Assembly: GCA_951406725.2 (NCBI GenBank)
Contig: OX597826.1
Span: 53,754,001 to 53,818,000 of the forward strand
DNA: 64,000 nucleotides
DNA from: Octopus vulgaris
Taxonomy: Eukaryota
Direction of reading: 5' to 3'
Shown here: piece after piece, positions 37,307 through 50,075 of the stretch
Layout of the letters: each line of letters opens with the position of its first letter
Numbering within the stretch: the stretch's first letter is position 1
The notes under the pieces: model-generated
What the model was told of the DNA's origin: nothing
The model's database searches: none
What the model saw: only the letters and a program-made list of their open reading frames with translations
Program-made: the position numbers and the translations under genes

Positions 37307-39356
37307 AACTAGAATATGCTTCCCAATCCCCTGAAATAACTGCCTCCTTGGGGATGAGTTTTGAATAACTGTAACTACTACCCTGTGGAAACCTCTCTTC
37401 ACTCCTATGTATTATTGCCAGAATACATTACCCAGCCTTGCATATAATGGATTTTCCCTACAGAGAGCTCTCAGTTAATGTCCTTTGGAATTCTTTTCTT
37501 TCCTATTTATTATTGGCCAATTCCAAAATAACTGTCTTTTAATGTGACAGGAATCTCAACATATATTGGGAAATCCCTTCTATTTTCATATATGAAAACA
37601 GCTATGTCATTTATACACATATGCATTACAAACCTTGCAGACAAATGCAAATATCTGTATTTGCACAAATATAATAATTTGGAGGTGTTTCCACACAAAC
37701 AGAAACACATTCATACATACACACATACATGCATACGCATGGAGATTCATGTAAAATTGACACACATTAACATGCAGCTGAAGAAAATAATTTTTGTTTT
37801 TTTTTAATTCTGATGCATGTGATAGTTTGAAAGAGAAGAAAAAGCTTTGATGATTGAAGCTTTCTGTTTGATAAATGGATTTATAAAACTCACACCAGCC
37901 ACGTATCTCAATTAGCATGATACAGTTGTTCGTTTATCTGCTGTGCAAGTTAATTACACTGATAGTAAAGGTAGCTTGAACTGGGGCTGCAAAGATTGCT
38001 GCTCATTAGAAAGACAACTTCAAAGACAAAAAGAAAATAATAAAACAGAACTCGAAGATAGCTCCATCATGGTAAATTGATTTTCATCTGTATGAGTTGA
38101 TCATTGTAAACTGGCTGATTTCATAATAAAAATACAAGATATTTGAATGTAAAACATAATTTTTCAGTGTCTTTTGATATTGCGAAAAGACACAAAAAAA
38201 AAAAAAAGAAAAAGAAAAAGTTGGAATGACTGAATGGTGATAGCATTAATTCTTTGATAGGATTATATATATTTGATGTCTTATACTGTGATGTCCATAT
38301 AGATTTTTTATATTATGAAATTTGGTCATTATGCATAAAAAAAAAGATTCCATTTTATTTTACTGAACTGATCTTACATCAAACAAATTGGTATTTAAAC
38401 CTCCATTTAGTCATATACATGTGTGTGTGTGTAAATATAAAAGTATATATATATAAAATATAGGTGTGTGTGTGTGTTTGTATCATTGACGTCATAAGAA
38501 TTTTATAAACTTTCAAAAGAATGTGAAATAATTATTTTTTAGAAACACACTTTTTCTATTTAAAAGGTCTTTAGCAACCTAATATTTTCATGGTCTTTTT
38601 CATAGCTTTATTTGTATATATATATGTACACACACACACACACACACACATACACACACACAAACACTCACACACACATATACATACTCACTAGTATATT
38701 AAATTATGAAAATATCAATCCATATAAAATACTGCATGTCTCTTGAAAATTGTTAATCAATATGAATGTTGGAGCTATTTCCCTAGTCTTTTATGACAAG
38801 AATAATTATTAATTAATGCTAATGATTTTTTTTTATTTAATATAAGTATAATTTTAGTTGATTAAAATATTCTTCTGTGACACATTACAATAAGTATGTT
38901 AACTCTCACTTGATATTTTTCATGCAGAAAAATATTTGGTAAAAATATTTCCCAGTCATTATTTTAAATTACTTAGGCTATGAACTTTGTTAAAGGCACC
39001 CAATACCTAGGTGATGGTGCTAATCCAGGTGACAGATTAAGCCCAACACCCAAGTAGACCATGGTATGATTAGAACTTGCAACATAGAGAGCTGGAACAA
39101 ATACCACAAAACATTGCATTCAAAACTAACAGTTCTGTCAGTCCACCACACTAGATCGGTACATCATTTATTGACCCAAGAAATACGAAAAACAGAGTTG
39201 ACCTCAGCAGGATTTGAACTCAGAATACAAGAAACCAGAATGAATGCAAAGTATTTCATTGGATGCTCTAACAAATTTGCTAACTCACCATCACCATATT
39301 TGCTCTGATAAAGAACAATGCATAAACTGATAATTATTTTCATTTTTAGTAAATGT

Positions 39357-39548
39357 AATAATCCTTTCTACTATAGGCACAAGGCTTGAAATTTGTGGGG
39401 AGGGGGTAAGTTGATAACATCAACCCCAGTGCTCCATTGGTACTTATTTCCTTGACCTCCGTGGTATTTGAACTCAGAATGTAAAAACAGACAAAATACT
39501 ACTCACCATTTCGCCCGGTATGCTAACAATTTTGCCAGCTCGCCACCT
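39357..39548 (-). mobile_element. SINE family A variant
   Basis: Head AAGGTGGCGAGCTGGCAAAATTGTTAGC on the minus strand; (ATT) tail. Confidence 0.8.
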
Positions 39549-39654
39549 TAGTACATGTAATAAATAGATATTTTTCTGATTCTAGGTATGATATTTGTAA
39601 CCCAGTCACTAAACTCTACTGGATCTGTAATGACATCCTTCATTAATCTAATTT

Positions 39655-40170
39655 TTGATAAGTTCCAACATTCCATTCGAGTGTTAATTAACGAACTTTT
39701 GTTACAAAAGATCTTTATTAGCAATTCAATAGTTTCTTGGAAACACATCTCACTCGACATTTTGGGCAATAGAAAGTTACAGGAGCATTAATGCTTGGCC
39801 AGAGTTACCTTGTGTAGTAATAGCCTCACTTTCCCTTCATCTGACCATGACTTGCAGTCTTTGTTAAAAATTTTCTCATACCTTCTATAGTATGCAGGAA
39901 ACATGATACCCTTTTCTGGATCATAAGTGAATTCAGAAATTGAGTTCATCATGCCATCTGGCATAAACGAACTTACCGAATTTTTGGACTTCCTTGACTG
40001 TCACTCAATTGTTGTTGTAATATTTGCTTCTGCAACTCCTGTAGTTGTTCCTGTTGCTTTTCTTGAAGCTGTATTACTGCAGCTAATAGACTCTCCATAA
40101 TTTAACAATTTGTATGATGCACAAATTGTCAAATAACCTACGTGAACTTCAAAAAAAATCCTTGTCACCA
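39655..40170 (-). mobile_element. Gypsy (Mag/K02A2.6-like) primer binding site plus gag relic
   Basis: PBS TGGTGACAAGGA at 40170-40159; gag MPDGMMNSISEFTYDPEKGIMFPAYYRRYEKIFNKDCKSWSDEGKVRLLL...NFLLPK...FQETIELLIKIFCNKSSLINTRMECWNL. Confidence 0.85.
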
Positions 40171-40172
40171 GA

Positions 40173-40474
40173 TGTTATATTCTTACACCCCCCAATATCG
40201 TAGTACAGTTGATAGTGTTGACGATAGATAAAGAATATACTGTAACAGTGATATAACAATGCAAAACAGAAACAGCGACAGTAACAAACACGTTACGAAC
40301 CAACAATCTTTTATGAACCAACATTCAATATTTCCAACACACTAATTCAAACTGTAAACTGTACTTGGTCTTTGAAGACCAAACTACAAACTGCCAACTA
40401 CGTCAGACTGCGACTATTTATATGTAGGGGTCCCGTCTATTCTTGTCAGTGGGTATAGTACTCCCACCACTACA
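40173..40474 (-). mobile_element. Gypsy 5' LTR (about 300 bp)
   Basis: Minus strand starts TGTAGTGG and ends ATAACA two nt before the PBS; internal TATAAATA near 40415-40422. Confidence 0.7.
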
Positions 40475-41077
40475 GTTCTAATAAGCAGTATTCTGTTAGA
40501 GATTGATGATGTCAGAAAACCACTGAGCAATCAGATCTCTGGCAGAGATTACTGTATCAACTTGAAAATGATTCACTCAATTATTGATGACATCAAAACA
40601 CTGACCACTTTGGATCTCAGGTAGATCAGGATGTCATCAACAAGTTGTTTTTCCTGCCCTTTCCCTTGACAGAAGCATTAACTATAAACAGAAATGTCAC
40701 TCTGTTAAGTGATAGTGGTGACAGATGCTTTTAGCTGATCAGCCGTGAGTATGGCCATAACAGTGAAGACCAATGGATGATAATGGTCATGACAGTTTAA
40801 ACCACCTAGCTGCTAGAACCACTGATAATGGTCACTGGTATTGCTCCCCCAACAATGTCTCATACAAACTGAACTATCTAACTTGGCATAAACATTCCTT
40901 TTCTGTCATTAGTTGTAACAACAAACATTGTTTTGCTTTAATGATAAACAGATATAAACAGATATTGTTGTATTTAGGGATGGTCATGTTGCCAGTTTAG
41001 CCAATAAAACATATGCACTATACATCTGGTGTTAATTTGCTTCAGCTTTATTTTATTTTTTACATTAATCGTATTTC

Positions 41078-41122
41078 GGCCAGAGTTCTTTCGTCACACT
41101 TCTGTGACCTCATCAGTGGTCC
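41078..41122 (-). ncRNA. Minimal type-I hammerhead motif (mirror copy)
   Basis: Exact reverse complement of 41260-41304. Confidence 0.6.
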
Positions 41123-41259
41123 TTTGCTTTCTCCTTTCTTATTTGTGTGTCTTTCCTTACTACCGATCACCCATTTTGTATATTTTTTTCTGAATACAAA
41201 ATACAAAATGGCTGATCGGCAGTAAGGAAAGACACACAAATAAGAAAGGAGAAAGCAAA

Positions 41260-41304
41260 GGACCACTGATGAGGTCACAGAAGTGTGACGAAAGAACTCT
41301 GGCC
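41260..41304 (+). ncRNA. Minimal type-I hammerhead motif
   Basis: GGACCA-CTGATGA-G-GTCACA gaag TGTGAC-GAAA-GAAC-TC-TGGCC: intact core, 6-bp stem II, 2-bp stem III, CUC triplet, stem I GGACCA/TGG-CC. Confidence 0.6.
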
Positions 41305-41554
41305 GAAATATGATTAATGTAAAAAATAAAATAAAGCTGAAGCAAATTAACACCAAATATATAGTGCATGTGTTTTATTGGCTAAACTGGCAACATGACC
41401 AATGCTAAATACAACAATATCTGTTTCAACCCATGACTTCACATGAAGAATCTTGCAAAATGAATATATAAACGTATAAATAGCTATTTTTGTATTTAGA
41501 ATTTCATATGGGCTTCTTGTTCTTGCACCCATCTCTCAACTCAACCAAATTGTT

Positions 41555-44250
41555 ATACTGGTGACAACCAATAAAAAAAATATTCATATCATCGCAACAC
41601 TAAATGGAAGTGAAAATGAACATTGGATATTCAACCACTCTTGTATTTAACTGTCAATGATCAGAAATTTTAACATGCGCCACAGAATCTCTCTATCAAA
41701 TATTTTTATCATTTTATGGGTGAATCTGTTGCATGTAGCGGGAAGATGATAGAATTTGTGCAATTTTAAGGGCAGGTTTGTACCCATTAAGTTGTTTTGG
41801 ATTTGGGGTGGATGCAGAGGGAACCCTTAGATTATTTCTTTGCATTGTAAGTGGAAGGAATAGCTAAGGTAAGAAGTATTGATGTTAATCTTGCATTTGG
41901 AGACTTACTGACATATTTAAACTTGGATTAGGCACCCATAAAGGTACCAGTGTGAACTTAAAACTTAAAGGTCGAAGCAGGGCTGTTAGAAATAATTTCA
42001 TTTGATCTAAGGCACTTGGTAGAACTTTAATTAGATTAGTGAAAAAAGTCATTACAGAGTTTAGTGACTGGGTTACAAATATCATACCTAGAATCAGAAA
42101 AGAATATCTGAAAATGTTAAACCTATTATAAACCATCATCTACCAACAGAGTGAATGTAATGTCCTTTTCAAGGTATCAGGTAGTAAGTTGTTCAGTATT
42201 CATAATTAGCTTGCAGGCTATGATCAGATGGTGGTTGGTCACAATTCTAAATATTTTGAAAACTATAAGGGGTTTTACATTTTCATCTATTTAGCTTTCA
42301 GTGTTAAGATGGCACTTGTGTATTGGAAAACTGCTATAAAACATATTGAAAAGCTTAACAGGTGTTGGAATATGTTATGCGGATATCTTGATCACAGCTA
42401 GTTTTACAGCTAAGAACAACCAACATCTAGTAAAGTGCTGCAAAGACAAATATAAATTTATGCTTAGAGTATCTTGAACTTATTATTGATGAGTTTGGTG
42501 GGAGACCAATCCACAGTAAAGTAGAGAGTATTGTGGAAACTGAATTTCCTGAAGATGATAAGAAATACAGATCTTACCAAGGTCTGTTAGGTTATTATAT
42601 GACATTCTTGTCTAAATTTTCAGAAGCAGTTAAACCACATACTGGTTTGTTTCTGACTTAGTTGCAGAAGTTTAAGCGACCTACAAGGTATAAATATGAT
42701 GCATTCAACCAATTTAAAGAATCTTAAAAGATTCTGTTGTTACACTTTTACCCAAAATTGCTTGTTCTAAATGGTGGTGTGTCACGTGTAGCTGTATTTC
42801 TCCAATTGTTTAGGCACCCACTGTCAAATTAATCACCCTGAAACAGAATTATTCTCAACTAGTGCATAGTGTTCTCAATATCATTTTTCTTGTGGGTGGG
42901 ATACAACAATTTTTACTATTTTCTCTTTATTCATAAATTTACTTTTGTAATAAATAACAACCATTAAGTACAATTTTTGCATCAAAGACTGGTTTACCTG
43001 CTAAATAAACTGTCTGGTTTTGATTATAATATGAAATGTTATAAGGTTCAACTTAATAAGTAAACTGTATATCTAGATATCTGGAAAGCTGAGACAGAGA
43101 ATATCTTGAAAGAAGTAGTGGCATTTGCATTCAAAGTATCTGATTTACGCATCATGCCTGATAAAGGTAATACATCTACAGACAATGAATCTAGCTTAGT
43201 TGAAGATGTTTTGAGATTAGATGGAGATTGTTTCAGGAAAGATGTTACCAAAGACTCATGTTCATTTGCAACTGGCACTTTGTTGGTTATGATGACATGA
43301 CAAGGGTCCCAGTTGATCTGATCAATGGAATAGCCTGCAGGTGAAATTGATGGGCAAGTGGGTGAGCACTTCACAGACATGTGTTGTACCCTTAATGTAG
43401 TTCTCAAGGAGATTTGGTATGAGACAGAATGCGACAAGGCTGGTCCTTTGAAATACACGTACAACTCATTTTTGCCAGCTGAGTGGACTGGAGCAATGTG
43501 AAAGAAAGTGTTTTGCTCAAGGACACAATTCATTGCTGGGAATTGAACTTACACCCATATGATCGTGAGCCAAATACCCTAACCACTAGGGTACACACCT
43601 TCACATTTGCAAATAAAGGAGATGAAATATCCATGGTTGGTTGTATACTGAAATGGGAAATTTGGGTGGTGAAACTTCCAAACAGCCTTTGTTTGAATGA
43701 ATTACATGAGGGACACCTGGATATAAGTAAAACAAAGGCTGTGTTTAGCCTCTTGTGGGTAATAAAGAAATAGATAATAGACTACAGTTTACTTCAAACA
43801 TTTTGATGGTATTATTTAGAAGATATCAGTGCTCTGTCAGCCTATTAACCAGTGGACAAGCAAACAGTTGAACGCGTTCTGCAGCTGTGCATGAAGTGGT
43901 TTTCAAAATAGTTTGAGTAAGTTTTTTTTTTACATTCTACAGAAATTGAGCTCATATATTGACTGAAGTGTCTCTAGTCAATATATCAACTAGATGACTC
44001 TAGTTGTTATATGACTAGAGGTTAATCTGTAGAGAATCTGGAACTTGACAGAATTTAGACCTTGTTATAAAGATAATGTTTCAACTGGTAAGGGTAGTAT
44101 AAAGTCTGTTTCGAAATCAAGCAAGTAGGTTTGTGTGGATGCAAAATTCATTTAAGTTAACAAAAAGTGTTAGGAGGTAAAATTTAGTTAGGGAAGACCC
44201 ACTACTTATATCTTGATGGTATTAGGGGTAGAGTAGAAACTACCATTTCC
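41555..44250 (+). mobile_element. Heavily decayed Gypsy pol relic (RT, RNase H, integrase), interrupted by SINE E
   Basis: PBS-like TGGTGACAACC near 41559; EFSDWVTNIIP near 42057; QNYSQL near 42844; KFTFV...PLSTIF near 42935; ELHEGHLDISKTKA near 43698. Confidence 0.65.
43290..43603 (-). mobile_element. SINE family E
   Basis: TTTTGCCAGCTGAGTGGACTGGAGCAATGTG...TTGCTCAAGGACACA. Confidence 0.85.
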
Positions 44251-44788
44251 ATTAGCTAAAAACCTATGATGAGTGTATTACATCTTCAAAATAAAATTAC
44301 TTGCATCAAAAACAAAACTGTGTCCTACATTCTCTGTAGGATATAATGGGTAATCAAAATCTCTTCTCCCAGAAATGTAAACAGAAGAGCTACCAAAATG
44401 TAACTAAAGCAACAAAGCAAAAGAACATCCTAGCAATTTCCTTACTTATTAGAATATTAGTGTAAGGTAAAATGAGCACAGATTGAAGAAGCTACAAGCT
44501 TATTTAATGATTTATCTTGATGATATGATAAACTGAAGAACAGGTGCGAATTAACACAGAAAACAAATAACAAATTCAGTTACTATTTATAACATTTCAG
44601 ACAACATCTCTAGAACAAATAATATTTTCGTTGTTTTAACAGAAAGAGATTAAAGAAAGAAGGAGCAACTGGGCTTTCAGAGATTACATTTCAGAGGAAT
44701 ATTTAACTAGCACATAGGTAAAACGTTAAAAAAAAAGTTTCCTAATTACTGAAAAGTAAATTCTGCTGTTAAAAGAACAATTAAGATA

Positions 44789-44847
<59 letters not shown>

Positions 44848-44850
44848 CAC

Positions 44851-44919
<69 letters not shown>

Positions 44920-44926
44920 CATACAT

Positions 44927-44971
<45 letters not shown>

Positions 44972-45453
44972 CATACATACATACATACATACATACAAAT
45001 ATATATATATATAATTCTGACAGGTTCATTGAAGTTCATAAGGAATAATAAGAATAAACAATTTTAAAATTTCATAATTTGAAAACTAGAGAAATTTTTT
45101 ACACTTTCAGTACATTACAAAATAAAGATCTCTCTCTCTCTCTCTAGTTTAGTAAGTAGTATTAGAAGAATATATAGCTACAAATGTTAGTGCCAAAAAA
45201 GAAAAAAAAAAGTAGTAGAGTATAGTGAAATATTATTACTAAACTAATATGGAGAACTTTTCCAAAACAAGTTAGAGAATGTGTAAGCTATATTTACAGC
45301 CATTCCAACAGAGAATTGAAACAAAAACTTAAGTCTGTGCTACTGTACACTTACTACTTCACACAATGTCTTTAACAAGACGTTGCATATCTTCAAAATT
45401 ACATCTATTTGGAAGAGGTACTTACTAGTATCCGTGTGTACTTATGTGTTTGT

Positions 45454-45496
<43 letters not shown>

Positions 45497-45994
45497 CACA
45501 TACAAATAAATGAAATTTTTTGAACAGATACAGACAAAACTTGAAATATAATTACATATATAAGACAAATAAGATAAGTACATTATATTAACAAAATAAC
45601 ATGCTACATATAAATATACATGAATCCATCTTTCTTGCTCTGTCTCTCTTTCTCTCCCACTGTATATTTCATGTGGAAATTGAAAATGTGATTTGTCAAG
45701 AAATGCAATTGTTTTCGTTTTTAAAGTGTGCCAAAAAATTTGTCTTAAAATCAGCTTCAGGTAGTCTTGCAAAGATAGCTCTGAAATTAACCCTCAGAAA
45801 GATAAAGTAAAACTTACGTTACCCACAACCATCATTAACCAAACAGTTATAATTAATGTGAAATAATGAATCTAATTGAGAACAAGAATTATGATGTTGT
45901 CTAGCTATAGATGTAAAAACATAAAAAAAAAAATAAGCAAAAAACAAAAGACATGTTTAATAGTGCATATGATAATACTGTATGCTAATTATAT

Positions 45995-46215
45995 CTCTAC
46001 AAAAGAGTGTTACAAATTAGCCAAGTATCCTAGTTTGAAATAAAAATAATACAAATAGCAAACCTATGGCAGATGAAAGCAACAATAATTCCAGTCGTTA
46101 TTGATGTAGTTGGATAAATCAGAGAAAATAACTGACAACCACCAGCTTACCCAAATACAAAAGATTCTTCTAACTAGCACTGTTACCATTTTTTGTAGAA
46201 TAGTGTTTACATGAT
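45995..46215 (+). mobile_element. Decayed Dong/R4 3' end
   Basis: LWQMKATIIPVVIDVVG...IQKILLTSTVTIFCRIV. Confidence 0.5.
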
Positions 46216-46464
46216 AACTTGGTCAAAATTCACACAGCCTATTATCTTACATACTTTTATGATTGATTTATTTTGCTTTTTGTCTTTTTGTTTTGTTTAA
46301 ATATCTCTTACATATGTAACTTTTAAGCCTGAACTAATGAAGGAAATTTTTGTTGTAGTCATACAACTTGCTAGAATTAGAAACCAAATCTACCTCAAAT
46401 CAAGCCTTGCTGTTTTGAAAAAAAAAATAGACACATTGAATAAATGTAGTCACTGGTATATCAG

Positions 46465-46688
46465 CATCATCATCATCATCCTCATCATTATGACCATCAT
46501 CATCATCATTTAACATCCATTTTCTGCCTAGCATGGGTTGGATGGTTTGACCAGAATTAGCAAGGCCAGGAGCTGCACTAGGTTGCATGGTCTGTTTTTG
46601 ACTTGCTTTCTACAGCTGGATGCCTTTCCTAATGCCAGCCACTTTACAGAGTGAACCGGGTCTTTTTACAAGGCACCATCACCAGTAC
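46465..46688 (-). mobile_element. Family C retroposon
   Basis: (CAT)n, GCATGGGTTGGATGG, CTACAGCTGGATGCCTTTCCTAA. Confidence 0.75.
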
Positions 46689-46927
46689 CAAAAAAAAAAA
46701 AAACTAGATCATCATGGATAGAAAGGTTTTGATCATAGAAACTGCCTTCTACTCAAAGCTTCCTTTGCTTTATATCTTGAAAGGATGACTTCATAATGAA
46801 TACAAACAATGAAATACAGTAAATATATAAAAACAATATTCATCATCATTATTTTTATGTTTACTTTCCATGCTAGCATAGGTTGGATGGGTGTAACTTA
46901 GATCTTATTAGGGCCTCCACTCTTGAT

Positions 46928-47325
46928 ACTCTTTACTTGTTTCAGTCATTTGACTGCGGCCATGCTGGAGCACCACCTTTAGTCAAGCAAATCAACCCCG
47001 GGACTTATTCTTTGGAAGCCCAGTATTTATTCTATCGGTCTCTTTTGCCGAACCGCTAAGTGACGGGGACGTAAACACACCAGCATCGGTTGTCAAGCAA
47101 TGCTATGGGAACAAACACAGACACACAAACATACACACATACATATATATATATACATATATACGACAGGCTTCTTTCAGTTTCCGTCTACCAAATCCAC
47201 TCACAAGGCATTGGTCAGCCCGAGGCTATAGCAGAAGACACTTGCCCAAGATGCCATGCAGTGGGACTGAACCCGGAACCATGTGGTTGGTTAGCAAGCT
47301 ACTTACCACACAGCCACTCCTGCAC
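46928..47325 (-). mobile_element. SINE family B, full length
   Basis: Near-identical to 11505-11872. Confidence 0.9.
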
Positions 47326-47762
47326 CTGATAAACTAGTGTTTGTACATTTCTTTTTTGGGGCTTGATTTCAACAGTTTCATATCCTTCCAATCACCAACA
47401 TTTTTACAGCATGTACTGGATGCATGATATTGTGGCACCAGCACTACAGATATTGACTAAAGGGACCTCACAACCTTTTATGCTTTCTCTACTCATTTGC
47501 CAACAACTTCACAGAATGTACCAGCTGTATTTTATTGTGGAACCAACATGAGAGGGGTAGCCTTGTACACTAAAAAATTAAAACAATACACACTGCTCTA
47601 TGATGTTTTAATAATTCTGCTATCAAGTGTGTCTTCACGATGATGGCAGCAAATAAGCCATGAAGATTGCATCAGAGAGGGGGGAGAGTCTCTATGAGGT
47701 TGTTCAACTTGCTAAAAGCAATATCCTATCTTTTGTTTTTTTCATCCCTTGGACTGTGGTAT

Positions 47763-48168
47763 AAAGAAGAGGAAGAGGAGGGGAAGGGGAAGGAAGAGAA
47801 AGCAGAGGAAGAGGAGGAAAGGGAGGAGGGAGAGGAAGATGGGAAGGAGGATGAAGATGAGAAGGAAGGAGAGGGGAGAAGAAGAGGAGGAAGACGGGGA
47901 GGAGGAGTATGAAGATGAGGAGAAAGGGGAGGGGGAGAAGCAGAAGGAAAGGAAAACAGGAGGAGGAAGGGGAGGGGGAAAAGCAGAAGGAAAAGAAGAC
48001 AGGAGGAGGGAGAACCGGAATAGGAAGAGGAGGAGGAGGAGGCAGAAGAGGAAGAGGAGGAGGCAGAAGAGGAAGAGGAGGAAGCAGAGGAAGAAGGAAG
48101 AGGAAGCAGAGGAAGAAGGAAGAGGAAGCAGAGGAAGAAGAAGAAGAAGAAGAAGAAGAAGAAGAAAA
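47763..48168. repeat. Polypurine (GAG/GAA)-rich low-complexity tract
   Basis: About 400 nt, almost all A/G on the plus strand, ending in (GAA)n. Confidence 0.92.
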
Positions 48169-48728
48169 TATACTGCTTTAAAAAAGGAAAAAAAGCTGTA
48201 TACAGTATTACATGATGTATAAAAAAGTCAGGGTGGTCACAGCTAAAATACTGTTTGATCATAGGATTGCTTGATGAGGGCTGAGCTGGTGTTAAACAGC
48301 AATAGTGTATCCAAGAAGAATGACACCTGATTTAACTATGATCTATTTTTTTGCTTTAAAGCATTTCAAAACAAGCAAATCTAGAATTGTGTACAATGAC
48401 CTCGAGATCAGTAAATCTGGTCCTGCCTACAATAATATGTTTTTTGGTTTAACGCTCTGATGATTCTGTTTTCCTGATGAATGACATTATTTATACAAGC
48501 ATTAATCACAATCATTAGTAATCAGCATTGTCATCAATGCAAAAGAAGCAAATACTTGCTACCTTCTTTTGGCCATAGGTTCATTGGAAACTGATTCTAG
48601 TATTGATTAGAGCTGGTGCAATTAACATTTTTCTAGCTAGATACATTATCTAGGATTTACCACAGTGGTAACACATGTGGCTGGAGAAATGATAATAAGA
48701 ATGAATATGAACAGAGAAGAGAGAACTA

Positions 48729-48899
48729 AGGCGGAGGTGTGGCTGTGTGGTAAGAAGCTTGCTTCTCAACCACATGGTTCCAGGTTCAGTCCCACTGCAT
48801 GGCACCTTGGGCAAGTGCCTTCTACTATAGCCTCAGCCTGACGAAATGCCTAGTAAGTGGATTTGGTAAACAGAAACTGAAAGAAGCCCATCGTGTGTG

Positions 48900-48991
<92 letters not shown>

Positions 48992-49153
48992 TAAGAGAAA
49001 AGAATCTATCAGAAAGGAACTCTATCTCTCTTAAAAAAATATCTTTTGATAAGCATAACAAATGCGCAACCGGTAAAAAGAACTTTCACCTAATTAAATA
49101 CACTCTCCCTTACTTAAATTATTTTGTCAGCATTTTCTTCATTTCCTTTTTAT

Positions 49154-49227
<74 letters not shown>

Positions 49228-49440
49228 TTTTGTGTTTGTGTTTGTCCCCCCATCACTATTTGACAACTGGTGTTGTTGTGTTTGCATCCTCATAACTTAG
49301 CGGCTCAGCAAAAGACATTGATAGAATAAGTACTAGGCTTAAGAAATAAGTCCTGGGGTTGATTTGTTCGACTAAAAACCCTTCAAGACAGTGCTCCAGA
49401 ATGGCTGCAGCCAAATGAGTGAAGCAAGTAAAAGAATAAC
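48729..49440 (+). mobile_element. SINE family B with a Penelope-like fragment (about 48988-49150) in its internal microsatellite
   Basis: Family B head 48729-48895, tail 49225-49440; unrelated insert between (TA)n tracts. Confidence 0.85.
49042..49081 (+). ncRNA. Decayed minimal hammerhead motif
   Basis: TCTT-TTGATAA-GCAT aacaa ATGC-GCAA-CCGG-TA-AAAAGA; palindromic ACCGGT stem III; three core substitutions. Confidence 0.45.
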
Positions 49441-49844
49441 TACAAACAAACAAAAGAAAATGTCCAGTGGACTACAATGAGTTTTACATGTTTTAAGTTA
49501 TGACTTCAGATAGGAAGAAGCAATCAAAAGCAATATAAAGACAGACAGACTGAGAAATTCTATCATATTGTAAACATGGGTGTGTGGTTAAGAAGGTCAC
49601 CATGTGTTTCAGGTTCAATCCCACTGCATTGCCTCTTAGGTATGTGTCTTTTATTGTAGCTTCATGACTGGAATTTGGAAGACAAGATCTTTGCAGAAAC
49701 TAGATATCACCCCTCCTCACACTCTCTCCCCCCTCTCTCTCATACACACATTAACTTTTACAAGGAGAAGGTTGACAGTAACTTCAAAGTTTTGGCTTGC
49801 TCACCTTCATCAAACATAATACATACATATGTATGTAAATATGT

Positions 49845-50075
49845 GTTTCTTTATTACCCACAAGGGGCTAAACATAGAGGGGACAAACAAGGACAGACAA
49901 ATGGATTAAGTCGATTACATCGATCCCAGTGCATAACTGGTACTTAATTTATCAACCCCGAAAGGATGAAAGGCAAAGTCGACCTCGGTGGAATTGGAAC
50001 TCAGAACGTAGCTGCAGACGAAATACGGCTACACATTTCGCCCGGCGTGCTAATGATTCTGCCAGCTCACTGCCT
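49845..50075 (-). mobile_element. SINE family A, full length
   Basis: Reverse complement of the 28597 copy. Confidence 0.9.

Larger units (their letters stand above)
40956..41426. repeat. Long inverted repeat (about 225-bp arms, high identity); Penelope-like inverted pLTR pair
   Basis: 40956 to about 41181 mirrors about 41200-41426; each arm carries a hammerhead motif reading outward. Confidence 0.9.

Noticed and set aside
40480-40900. Minus-strand LVDDILI motif suggesting another Gypsy RT relic
   Set aside because: Single short motif; boundaries cannot be defined.
43048-43533. 161-aa minus-strand ORF
   Set aside because: Composite of SINE E and the antisense strand of decayed Gypsy sequence.
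47667-48262. Overlapping E/K/R-rich and S-rich ORFs
   Set aside because: Open in several frames on both strands because of the polypurine tract; no domain signal.
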